DNA of 40,463 nucleotides from positions 1 through 40,463 of the forward strand of contig JABHHM010000515.1 of the NCBI GenBank assembly GCA_018671575.1, written 5' to 3'. The notes below the pieces were generated by a model. The model did no database searches, was not told where the DNA came from, and saw only the letters and a list, made by a program, of their open reading frames with translations. The stretch comes from Methylococcales bacterium. GTDB taxonomy: Bacteria; Pseudomonadota; Gammaproteobacteria; JABHGC01. Shown piece by piece: positions 1 to 8,363 of the stretch (its first letter is position 1; each line of letters opens with the position of its first letter). A program made the translations under genes and the position numbers.

Positions 1-149
1 CGCAGGATTTTTGTTTGCCTTTGAGGCGCAAAAATAGGCGTGTAGTCGAACTACACAACTATTTTTGCAACAAAAAAGGCGGACAAAAAAATTACTATGC
101 CCTTTGGGTGCAAGCAAGTTGGATGTTTATTTATTGCGCATCCCCTAAG
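1..149. repeat. Family-A palindromic MITE-like element, copy truncated by the window edge and inverted relative to the 5809-6000 copy
   Basis: Bases ~96-149 (tatgccctttgggtgcaagcaagttggatgtttatttattgcgcatcccctaag) match the reverse complement of 5810-5867. Internal hairpin aaaaataggcgtgtag/ctacacaactattttt is shared with the other copies. Confidence 0.7.
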
Positions 150-194
150 TGTCTGTTTCCTATAAAGACAGCGTTTGATGAAAACAGGGATTTT

Positions 195-782
195 TTAGAA
201 TTCTAGTAAAACCCCAACATGTATATTGTCATCAAGTTCATAATCAGTTGATGCATTATTCTTACTGTGCTCAAACTCATAGTTTCTGTAACCAGCAAAT
301 GCTTTAGCCTTAGAAATTATTTGGACTTCTATTCTGGCTGTTGATTCAATAAGAGAGCTCATGTCTTTAGATGTTGTAATGTCTGGTGCGTAGTTGACTT
401 CAAAGACAATGGACATGGGGTAGGTTGTTTTTAGTGTTAAACTTGCTTGACCACCGATGCCCAATGCAAAGAATTGGTCATCCAGTCTGTCTGAATAGAT
501 GCCAGTGAATTTTGCACCAATACCGAGTCTGAAATTACCGACACCTGTAGGGTTGCCGTTGACACCTAAATATAAAGAGCCTGCGTAATCTTTGTCTTCA
601 TTATAGAAAAAATTGAGTGATCCTGATGATCCTTCCATTAGGTTCTGGTTGTCGCCACTGATTGAAAACTCAGCCATTTCTTCATTGAGTTTAATGCCGA
701 AGCTATCAGCAAAAACAAGCTGATTAAAGAATAGGGCGGTTAGACCGATAAATTGTATGATGTATTTAGAACTAAAATGCAT
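195..782 (-). CDS. Outer-membrane beta-barrel protein, YfaZ-like
   Basis: 195 aa. N-terminal signal peptide (MHFSSKYIIQFIGLTALFFNQLVFA), alternating beta-strand pattern, Gly-rich turns and a C-terminal aromatic residue (..GVLLEF). Family assignment is from memory of the YfaZ pattern only. Confidence 0.5.
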   Translation of the reverse strand: MHFSSKYIIQFIGLTALFFNQLVFADSFGIKLNEEMAEFSISGDNQNLMEGSSGSLNFFYNEDKDYAGSLYLGVNGNPTGVGNFRLGIGAKFTGIYSDRLDDQFFALGIGGQASLTLKTTYPMSIVFEVNYAPDITTSKDMSSLIESTARIEVQIISKAKAFAGYRNYEFEHSKNNASTDYELDDNIHVGVLLEF

Positions 783-921
783 GGGGTTTCCTTGTAATTA
801 TTATTTTTTTAGATTAATCAATCGTTGTTATAATTATACAACAAATAATGTGAGTGTAACTATAATTATATCAATAAAGCAACATTTTGTTGTTTTGGTA
901 GGTATTTTTGATTTGGACGCA

Positions 922-1518
922 ATGACTCATAAATTTGAAATTATTCAAAAAGAAGAATGTTATCAAGGTTTTTTTACCTTAACTCGATTGCATATCAAGC
1001 ATACGTTATATGCAGGTGGTTGGAGTGAACCAGTTGTTCGAGAGTTATTGGATAGAGGTCATGCTGTTGCAGTGCTACTTTATGACCCGTTATTGGATAA
1101 TGTCGTATTTGTTGAACAATTTAGAGTTGGCGCGTTGGATGATGAAAAGGGAGCCTGGTTGTTAGAATTGGTTGCTGGTATGATCGAAAACGGGGAAACT
1201 CATCATGATGTGGCTAAACGGGAGTGTATAGAAGAAGCGGGTTGTGAAATTTCATGCATAGAAGAAATTTGTTATTATTATCCTAGTCCTGGTGGTACCA
1301 ATGAAATGATTGGCTTGTTTTGTGCAAGAGTTAATTCTTCATCTATCGGTGGTATTTACGGAGTAGAGGATGAAAATGAAGATATTTTGGTGCATGTGAT
1401 GAGTTTTGAGCAATCTGTGGCTGAATTATATGATGGAAGAATTAATTCTGCGAGTACCATTATCGCAATGCAATGGTTGATTTTAAATAAAGATAAGTTG
1501 GTACAGAAGTGGACATGA
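922..1518 (+). CDS. nudF: ADP-ribose pyrophosphatase (Nudix hydrolase)
   Basis: Strong colinear resemblance to E. coli NudF (..YQGFF.., LLYDP.., WLLELVAGMIE.GE...DVAKRE.IEEAG Nudix box, ENEDI.VHV). Start moved to ATG 922 (MTHKFEII); the upstream 55 codons of the tracked ORF overlap the neighbouring gene start and look non-coding. Confidence 0.85.
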   Translation: MTHKFEIIQKEECYQGFFTLTRLHIKHTLYAGGWSEPVVRELLDRGHAVAVLLYDPLLDNVVFVEQFRVGALDDEKGAWLLELVAGMIENGETHHDVAKRECIEEAGCEISCIEEICYYYPSPGGTNEMIGLFCARVNSSSIGGIYGVEDENEDILVHVMSFEQSVAELYDGRINSASTIIAMQWLILNKDKLVQKWT

Positions 1519-1549
1519 TTCAAATAAGCAATTCTAACAGGGAGACTTT

Positions 1550-2083
1550 GTGAAAAAAATCATCACAATAGTTCTGCTTGTGTTTATTTTATTTGAGAGT
1601 TCGTCTTTATTGGCAACGAGCCGTGAATATAAAATTAAAGGCGCTTTTCTGTTTCATTTTACTGATTTTGTCCAATGGCCAGAAAAAAAATCATCTTATA
1701 TCATTGCTGTGATCGGTAAAGATCCATTTGATGGCTATTTGGATAAGTTAGCCATTTCCATGCGTAAGAAAAAAAATAAAAAAATAAGTATTGAGTATTA
1801 CCGTTCTTTTGATGAAGTTAAGCAATTGCCCGATATTGTATTTATTTCTATTAAACAACAACTTGAAAAATACCAACTACATCGTCAGTTTAAAAATAAG
1901 CCTATGCTAACAGTAGCAGAACACAATAATATGATTGATGCTTGTGGTGTCATCCGAATATATAACAAAAAACGTAAAGTACGTTTGGAAATAAATGTCA
2001 AAAGAGCCAAACAAAATAATTTGAAAATCAGTTCTAAATTACTGAGGTTAGCGAAGGTCAAAGGTGATCTCTGTGAACCATAG
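1550..2083 (+). CDS. YfiR-family (DUF4154) periplasmic protein
   Basis: 177 aa, GTG start with gggag 7 nt upstream. Signal peptide, then the motif YKIKGAFLFHFTDFVQWP typical of DUF4154/YfiR. Sits directly upstream of a sensor kinase. Confidence 0.6.
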   Translation: MKKIITIVLLVFILFESSSLLATSREYKIKGAFLFHFTDFVQWPEKKSSYIIAVIGKDPFDGYLDKLAISMRKKKNKKISIEYYRSFDEVKQLPDIVFISIKQQLEKYQLHRQFKNKPMLTVAEHNNMIDACGVIRIYNKKRKVRLEINVKRAKQNNLKISSKLLRLAKVKGDLCEP

Positions 2084-2104
2084 AATAGGTGATTTAATCA
2101 AATT

Positions 2105-4495
2105 ATGAAGTGGCTGCATTCTAAGAAAATAGGTAAAAAAATAACCTATGTGATGACACTCAATAGTTTCATTACATTGTTTATTGCAACCATTATATTT
2201 TTAGCTTATGACATTAAATCATCGGGAGAATTGTTGGTTGATGATGTTAAAACGCAAGCTGTTTTAATTGGTAACAATGTGACAGCCGCATTATTGTTTA
2301 AAGATAATGATACGGCCAAAGAAATTCTGCATAGCTTGAAAAGTAAATCAAACATCATTGAAGCCGCACTTTATGATGCGGACAATCAAATTTTTGAACA
2401 ATATTCTCGTGCGGGAGGGCAAGTTAATTTCCCTAAGAACAATGATCAATCCGAGCATTTTCAATTTCGAAAAACAGATCTGATTTTTACCATGCCGATT
2501 CATCAGGGTAGTGAATTATTAGGGAAAATTGTCATTCGAGCCAGCTTAGATAAATGGTTTAAAAGAATGAAGCAGTATTTGCTGTTAATTCTTATTGTTT
2601 TAATCGGTTCGTCAATGCTGTCATTTGTAACGGCAATGAAGTTGGCAAAATTAATTGTCAGTCCAATTCATAAGTTGATTGGAGGGGTTCGAAATGTTAT
2701 CGAACATAATAACTTTTCAATTAGGGTGGAAAAAACCAGTACTGATGAATTGGGTCAAATGACTGATGATTTTAATGAAATGTTAGAAGAAATTGATATT
2801 AGGGATAAAGAATTACTGGCGATTTCAAAAGATTTGGAGAAAAAAGTTAAAGAACGTACTTTTCAATTAGAAATTGAAAGAAATAAGGCGATTGAAGCAG
2901 ATCAAATGAAGACCAATTTTTTAGCCAATATGAGCCATGAAATTAGAACACCCATGACAGCAATATTAGGTTTTACTGACTTGATTTTAGATCCAAAACA
3001 GTCATCAGAAGAGATGGTCTATAATATAAAAACCATCAAAAATAGTGGAACTCATCTGTTAAGTATTATTAATGATATTTTGGATATATCCAAAATTGAA
3101 GCTGGAAAAATGACTGTTGAGCAAGTTGAATTTTCCCCAATGAAATTGTTGGGAGATATTGTTGCTATTATGTCTAGTAAAGCAACAGAAAAAGGCTTGA
3201 GATTTGAAACCAGTTTCGAGGGGCGGGTTCCTGAAATTATTCGCAGTGATCCTGTGAGGTTGCGGCAGATTTTGATGAATATCATCGGTAATTCAATTAA
3301 ATTTACCAACGAAGGAGAGATAAGAATAGTTGTGGATAGTTATGCTGATGATGAAGGCTTACAAATGATGCGGTTCAGAGTCAAGGATACTGGAATTGGT
3401 ATTGATGAGGCTAAGCAAAAAGAACTATTTGTTCCCTTTAAACAGGCAGATTCTTCTACCACAAGAAAATTTGGTGGTACAGGATTGGGGTTGGCTATCT
3501 CTAAAAAATTAACGCAAATTCTAGGTGGTGACATTACCATAGCCAGTACAGCAGGATTGGGGGCTATGTTTACAGTAACAATCAGTTTTGAGGAAAATCA
3601 GTCGTCTCGGTTTATAGAAGAACCCAGCTTAGAATTAATTGAAGATGAGAGTTTGTCTCTTCAGCATGAGCCTATCAATATCCAGATAAAAGCCAAAATT
3701 TTATTGGCTGAAGATGGTTTGGCGAATCAAAAGCTGGTGTCGTATTATTTGAAAAAAGTAGGTTGTAATGTTGATATTGTTGATAATGGCAAAAAAGGTT
3801 TGGAGGCTGCCATGTCAGCCTGGAACGAAGATTGTCCCTACGATATCTTTATTTGCGATATGCAAATGCCGATAATGGATGGTTATACGGCGGTGAGTAA
3901 GTTGAGGCGGCAGGGTTATGATTTGCCCATTATCGCTTTAACGGCTCATGCTATGTCTGGTGATCGTCAAAAATGTTTGGACGCAGGATGTGATGAATAT
4001 GCAACCAAACCGATTGATAATAAGCAGTTAATTGATTTGGTGATGACTTATAGTAAAGCTGAAGTGATTGAAATAAATAAAGAAACTGAGGTTAGTCAAA
4101 GTGCTATTCCGTTAGATAGTGTGATGATTAATGATGACGATGATATTGTCAGTGATTATGCTCGTACCCATCCCGATATGGGGGATTTAATTAATGAATT
4201 TATTGATCATCTTGCTATTTATGCCAAAGAGATGGAAGAGGCCTTTGATAAGCAAAATTATGAATTGTTGGGTGTTAAGGCTCATCAAATTAAGGGTTGC
4301 GGTAAAGGGTATGGTTTTGCAATTTTAACCGATGAAGCTAGAAAATTAGAAAACAATATTAAAGCTGAGTTGAGTCGCTCGTCTGCTCAAACGAAACTTA
4401 GTCCTTCTCGGGATAAAAATGAGTTTGATGTCAATATTGTCGGTGAAAACTTAAAAAGTTTCATAAAATTATGTCAGCGTATTAAAAAGATGTAG
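2105..4495 (+). CDS. Hybrid sensor histidine kinase (TM-CHASE8-like sensor-TM-HAMP-HisKA-HATPase-REC-Hpt)
   Basis: 796 aa. H-box NMSHEIRTPM, N/G boxes (NIIGNSIKFT, DTGIGI, GGTGLGLAIS), receiver (LLAEDG...ICDMQMPIMDG...ATKP) and C-terminal Hpt (HQIKGCGKGYGF). The N-terminal extracytoplasmic segment (..NNVTAALLFKDNDTAKEIL..AALYD..) resembles CHASE8. Confidence 0.9.
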   Translation: MKWLHSKKIGKKITYVMTLNSFITLFIATIIFLAYDIKSSGELLVDDVKTQAVLIGNNVTAALLFKDNDTAKEILHSLKSKSNIIEAALYDADNQIFEQYSRAGGQVNFPKNNDQSEHFQFRKTDLIFTMPIHQGSELLGKIVIRASLDKWFKRMKQYLLLILIVLIGSSMLSFVTAMKLAKLIVSPIHKLIGGVRNVIEHNNFSIRVEKTSTDELGQMTDDFNEMLEEIDIRDKELLAISKDLEKKVKERTFQLEIERNKAIEADQMKTNFLANMSHEIRTPMTAILGFTDLILDPKQSSEEMVYNIKTIKNSGTHLLSIINDILDISKIEAGKMTVEQVEFSPMKLLGDIVAIMSSKATEKGLRFETSFEGRVPEIIRSDPVRLRQILMNIIGNSIKFTNEGEIRIVVDSYADDEGLQMMRFRVKDTGIGIDEAKQKELFVPFKQADSSTTRKFGGTGLGLAISKKLTQILGGDITIASTAGLGAMFTVTISFEENQSSRFIEEPSLELIEDESLSLQHEPINIQIKAKILLAEDGLANQKLVSYYLKKVGCNVDIVDNGKKGLEAAMSAWNEDCPYDIFICDMQMPIMDGYTAVSKLRRQGYDLPIIALTAHAMSGDRQKCLDAGCDEYATKPIDNKQLIDLVMTYSKAEVIEINKETEVSQSAIPLDSVMINDDDDIVSDYARTHPDMGDLINEFIDHLAIYAKEMEEAFDKQNYELLGVKAHQIKGCGKGYGFAILTDEARKLENNIKAELSRSSAQTKLSPSRDKNEFDVNIVGENLKSFIKLCQRIKKM
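4361..4411. repeat. Family-C hairpin repeat copy lying in frame inside the hybrid kinase Hpt domain
   Basis: aaagctgagttgagtCgctcgtctgctcaaacgaaactta is 39/40 identical to the unit at 15601-15640. It encodes ..KAELSRSSAQTKLSPS... Confidence 0.75.
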
Positions 4496-4501
4496 TCATT
4501 G

Positions 4502-5788
4502 ATGAAAAAAACTGAGTTTAAAAAATTACTTTTAATTGATGATTCTCCTGAAATTCATACTTTATTAAATTTTTGGTTGAAAAATGAGTCAATTGAGATA
4601 TTGCATGCATCAGATGGTGCTGAAGGTTTGCAAATTGCTTTTGCTGTGGTTCCCGACATTATTTTATTGGATGTTGGTTTGCCAGTTCAAGATGGTTTTG
4701 AAATATGTAAAATAATCAAATCAAAATCTGAAACTCAGTTAATTCCCGTGATCTTTTTAACGGGATCTGATGATACACATGATAAAATTTATGGGTTAAA
4801 TATTGGAGCCGCTGATTACATTACAAAACCTTTTGACCCTGGAGAGCTGGTGGCTAGAATTAGGGCCATTCTAAGGGCGAGAGAGCTTGAGCAATTTAAT
4901 GCAGAGCTGGAGCATTCAGTAGAAAAACAAACTCAAGAGTTGATAAAGACTAATTTTAAATTGCAGGAAGAAATACAAGAACGCAAACAAATTGAAGAGG
5001 AAATTCGTAAGCATAAAGGTCATCTTGAGTTTTTAGTTGAAGAAAAAACAAAAGATTTAGCAATTGCTCTTGATCAAGCTGTCGCAGGTAGTGAAGCTAA
5101 AAATATTTTTCTGGCGCAAATGAGTCATGAATTAAGAACGCCCTTAAATGCCATTATAGGCTATAGCGAAATTCTACTAGAAGAGGTAATTGATGACGGT
5201 CATGATGACTATATTCCAATCGTATCGCCTATTACCAATGCGGGGCACAATTTATTAAAAATCATTGATAGTATTTTGGATATTGCACATGTTGAATCAG
5301 GTAAGTTGGAGGCTGTTATTCAGAATATTGATGTTGATGAGCTGGTTCAAGAAGTTGTGGATGAGATTATTCCAATCATTAGCAAAAATAAAAATAATCT
5401 TAAAATTAATATTTCTGAAGAAGTGGGTGTTATTCGGCAAGACTCAGAAAAATTATCAAAAATGCTGGAAAATTTACTCGATAATGCCGCTAAGTATACT
5501 GATTCAGGAGATATTGTATTAACTGTTGAGTCAAAAATGGAAGAAGGCTCTCGTTATATTACCTTCAAGGTTCAAGATACAGGAATTGGTATTGAAGCAG
5601 ATAAAATAGAAATTATTTTTGAACCATTTATGCAGGCGGATAATTCTTATACCAGGAATTATGATGGCGCTGGTTTGGGTTTATCGCTGGTAAAAAAATA
5701 TGTTGATTTGATGAAAGGGGTTATAAACGTTAAAAGTGAAGTGGGTGTGGGGTCATCATTTAGTATTTGTGTACCTGTTTTTGATTGA
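4502..5788 (+). CDS. Response-regulator receiver fused to a histidine kinase (REC-coiled coil-HisKA-HATPase)
   Basis: REC: LLLIDDSPE...ILLDVGLPVQDG...ITKPF. H-box QMSHELRTPLNAIIGYSE. HATPase: NLLDNAAKYT, DTGIGI, GAGLGLSLV. ATG 4502 is 7 nt after the upstream kinase stop. Confidence 0.85.
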   Translation: MKKTEFKKLLLIDDSPEIHTLLNFWLKNESIEILHASDGAEGLQIAFAVVPDIILLDVGLPVQDGFEICKIIKSKSETQLIPVIFLTGSDDTHDKIYGLNIGAADYITKPFDPGELVARIRAILRARELEQFNAELEHSVEKQTQELIKTNFKLQEEIQERKQIEEEIRKHKGHLEFLVEEKTKDLAIALDQAVAGSEAKNIFLAQMSHELRTPLNAIIGYSEILLEEVIDDGHDDYIPIVSPITNAGHNLLKIIDSILDIAHVESGKLEAVIQNIDVDELVQEVVDEIIPIISKNKNNLKINISEEVGVIRQDSEKLSKMLENLLDNAAKYTDSGDIVLTVESKMEEGSRYITFKVQDTGIGIEADKIEIIFEPFMQADNSYTRNYDGAGLGLSLVKKYVDLMKGVINVKSEVGVGSSFSICVPVFD

Positions 5789-5808
5789 TGAAAATTGTAA
5801 TATGAATA

Positions 5809-6000
5809 GTTAGGTAACTCGCAACAAATAAACTACCCATCTTACTTGCACCCAAAGGGCATAAAACTCTTTTACCTGTCTTGTATCTTCTTTGCCACAA
5901 AAATAGTTATGTAGAGTGACTACACGCCTATTTTTTTAACAAAAAAGACAAACAAAATTTCTGCGCAATATGGGTAGTTTATTTATTGTGCGTTACCTTA
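5809..6000. repeat. Family-A palindromic MITE-like element, full-length copy
   Basis: Terminal inverted repeats of 31 nt: ttaggtaactcgcaacaaataaactacccat (5810-5840) versus the reverse complement of 5970-6000 (27/31). Central hairpin aaaaatagttatgtag/ctacacgcctattttt. Fills the gap between the convergent kinase and exbD genes. Confidence 0.8.
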
Positions 6001-6067
6001 ATATTCAACTAATTTTTTAGGATAATACGGCAATAAGCCACTTTTTAGTAGATCTGTATAGCAATTA

Positions 6068-6490
6068 TTACTGGCCAGGTGTCGGCTCTTTGGTAGCAAA
6101 GGTAATATGAATAAATCCAGTTTGTCGTGCAGCATTCAAAACAGTCATTACTGATTGATGACTTGTATTTGCATCCGCACTGATAACAAAAGGCTGGTTT
6201 CTTTTATTTCCCGCAACTTTAATAAATGCTTTCTTCAAAGTTTCAAATTTAGTATTAACCAACTGGCGTTGATTTACAAAATATCGACCTTGAGCATCAA
6301 CCGTAACCTCAATGTCATTTTTACTAATTTCTCTGTCTTCAGACTGTGCTTCTGGCAGTTGAAGCTTAATTTGTGTTTCATGGGTAAATGTTGTTGAAAC
6401 CATAAAAAATATCAGCAGTAAAAAAACCACATCAATCAATGGTGTCAAATTTAACTCAAGTTCTTCAGATTGTGCTGTTTTCAAATTCAT
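6068..6490 (-). CDS. exbD: Biopolymer transport protein ExbD/TolR family
   Basis: 140 aa. Motif LNLTPLIDVVFLLLIFFMV, a single TM helix and a periplasmic domain. Immediately downstream of a MotA/TolQ/ExbB gene. Confidence 0.8.
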   Translation of the reverse strand: MNLKTAQSEELELNLTPLIDVVFLLLIFFMVSTTFTHETQIKLQLPEAQSEDREISKNDIEVTVDAQGRYFVNQRQLVNTKFETLKKAFIKVAGNKRNQPFVISADANTSHQSVMTVLNAARQTGFIHITFATKEPTPGQ

Positions 6491-6505
6491 GAGTTAAACC
6501 CTTTA

Positions 6506-7120
6506 TCAACTTTTTTCTCGGTCGCCATGCATAATTTCAACCATTTTCAACGCTTCTTCTTCCATTTGAATAACTAAAGCATCTACTTTGCCACGAAAAT
6601 ACCGATAAAACATCAAAGTAGGAATGGCAACTGATAAACCAGCCGCAGTAGTAATCAATGCTTCTGAAATACCACCTGCCAATACCCCAGGATTACCCAC
6701 ACCATGAACCATAATGGCAGTAAAAACTTTAATCATTCCAATAACTGTACCTAACAAACCTAACAAGGGAGTAATGGCAGCAATGGTTCCCAATGCATTC
6801 AAAAACTTTTCCAGCTTGTGTACAACTTGTCGACCTGTTTCTTCAATGCTTTCTTTCATCACTTCACGGGAATGGTTCATATTGACCAAACCTGCCGCCA
6901 AAATACGACCCAAAGGAGATTCATCACGAATTTGTTTAATTTGTGTGGAATCAAGCTTTTTAGATTTGTATAATTTCCAAACTTTAGCCACCAGATGCTT
7001 AGGAATTATTTTACTGGTTTTTAATGCAATAAGCCGTTCAAATACAATGGCCATTGCAACAATAGAACAAAGTATGATCGGTACTATCAGCACGCCACCC
7101 TTAATAATTAGTTCAAACAC
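6506..7120 (-). CDS. exbB: MotA/TolQ/ExbB proton-channel family protein
   Basis: 204 aa, three TM helices, conserved ..LGTIAAITPLLGLLGTVIGMI..F...GG..GISEALITTAAGL. Confidence 0.8.
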   Translation of the reverse strand: MFELIIKGGVLIVPIILCSIVAMAIVFERLIALKTSKIIPKHLVAKVWKLYKSKKLDSTQIKQIRDESPLGRILAAGLVNMNHSREVMKESIEETGRQVVHKLEKFLNALGTIAAITPLLGLLGTVIGMIKVFTAIMVHGVGNPGVLAGGISEALITTAAGLSVAIPTLMFYRYFRGKVDALVIQMEEEALKMVEIMHGDREKS

Positions 7121-7151
7121 CTGATTTCCTTTTTTATTTAGTCAGTAGATG

Positions 7152-7205
7152 GTTAGGTCACACGCAATAAATAAACGACCCATATTGCGAGTTGCCTTAA
7201 GTAAC
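7152..7205. repeat. Family-A mini-copy (terminal repeats only, internal part deleted)
   Basis: gttaggtcacacgcaataaataaacgaccca followed directly by tattgcgagttgccttaagtaac, which is the inverted terminal-repeat sequence. Confidence 0.65.
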
Positions 7206-7308
7206 ATGCGTAAACAGACCATCAAAACGATGAAAATTTAATTCTTGTAAAAAGCATAGAATGAATTCTTCATAACGCCAACCCTTATTTACAGACTATT
7301 TTTAATAT

Positions 7309-7463
7309 TTAGGTAACACCCAATAAATAAACTATCCATATTGCGCAGAAATTTTATTTGTCGTCTTTGTTACAGTCGCTCTACATAACTATTTTTGTAG
7401 CAAAGAAGACGAACAAAGTAGTTTATTTATTGCGAGTTGCCTTAGGTAACACGCAATAAATAA
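7309..7463. repeat. Family-A element (~138-bp variant) plus an abutting solo terminal repeat
   Basis: ttaggtaacacccaataaataaactatccatattgcgcagaaatttt...ctacataactatttttgt...gtagtttatttattgcgagttgccttagg. A further ttaggtaacacgcaataaataa starts at 7442, ending 11 nt before the upstream gene stop. Confidence 0.75.
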
Positions 7464-7473
7464 TTCAATTTTT

Positions 7474-8352
7474 TTAGGGCAAAATTTTCTGTTCTAATAT
7501 TAATTGCTTGCCAGATTTCTGAAAATCCAACCTCTCTAAAAAACTCATTCCCAATAAAATCCGATAATCACCCATCTGATCAAGAATGGCTCCTCTGACA
7601 TTTTTTAGCGTAATACTGCCGATTTTTATTTCATCAATATGGGTTTTATAGGCAGTCACTCGACCACTTGCTGTCACCATAAATTCTTCATCTTCAAACT
7701 TTAAATTTAGTTTTTGTGCCAATTCTTTTGGAATAGAAACCAGACTCGCCCCCGTATCCAATAAAAATTCAACTGGATAACCATTAATACTACCTTTTGA
7801 CTGGAAATGACCGCTAGGATCAAGACGTAAAATAATTCGTCGGGTAATTTTAGGTTTGTTTTGTGCATCAATTTGCTCTTGCAAGCCCTTAGGCATCATA
7901 GGCAAAGCCGTTTCAACCGCTTGATCAAAAACACCAATCAACCACGATTCATTCCACCATTGCTGATCTTTTACGCCAAATGCATTACCTAAAATCAATG
8001 TTGCCATAACAATGACCGTACCACGCATGGATCCGAATAAAAAACCAAACAAATGATCATGGCTATCGGGACCACCTTTCAAGAAAACTCGCTCCAACGA
8101 TCTCCTAACAACAGAAAGAATCAAAAAAGTGGGTAAAAACGTCAGGGTTGCACCAATCATAAAACGCAGTTGCCCGCTTGCAATTTGATCTTTAAACAAA
8201 TCAGCAATATCATGACCAAACACAAACACCAGATAAATGGATAAAACCCAAACCAACAAAGAAAGTAATTCGTGAATCAACCCCCTGGTTAAGCCAACAA
8301 AGGCTGAAATACCCAGCACCATCACGATGATTATATCTATTACTGCCGCCAT
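7474..8352 (-). CDS. CvpA-family membrane protein fused to a retropepsin-like (clan AA) aspartic protease domain
   Basis: 292 aa. The N-terminal ~160 aa carry ~4 TM helices in the CvpA style (MAAVIDIIIVMVLGISAFVGLTRGLIHELLSL..). The C-terminal ~110 aa carry the catalytic motif FLLDTGASLVSIP and the ILLGMSFL flap-like segment of TIGR02281-type proteases. Confidence 0.7.
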   Translation of the reverse strand: MAAVIDIIIVMVLGISAFVGLTRGLIHELLSLLVWVLSIYLVFVFGHDIADLFKDQIASGQLRFMIGATLTFLPTFLILSVVRRSLERVFLKGGPDSHDHLFGFLFGSMRGTVIVMATLILGNAFGVKDQQWWNESWLIGVFDQAVETALPMMPKGLQEQIDAQNKPKITRRIILRLDPSGHFQSKGSINGYPVEFLLDTGASLVSIPKELAQKLNLKFEDEEFMVTASGRVTAYKTHIDEIKIGSITLKNVRGAILDQMGDYRILLGMSFLERLDFQKSGKQLILEQKILP

Positions 8353-8363
8353 ATTTTACACTC

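Noticed and set aside
15-206. 63-aa plus-strand ORF at the window start
   Set aside because: It lies almost entirely within the family-A repeat copy (1-149). It has no ribosome-binding site and a low-complexity, repeat-derived sequence, so it is most likely not a gene.
757-921. 55-codon N-terminal extension of the nudF ORF
   Set aside because: The extension overlaps the start of the divergent outer-membrane protein gene and is low complexity. Similarity to NudF begins at the internal ATG 922.
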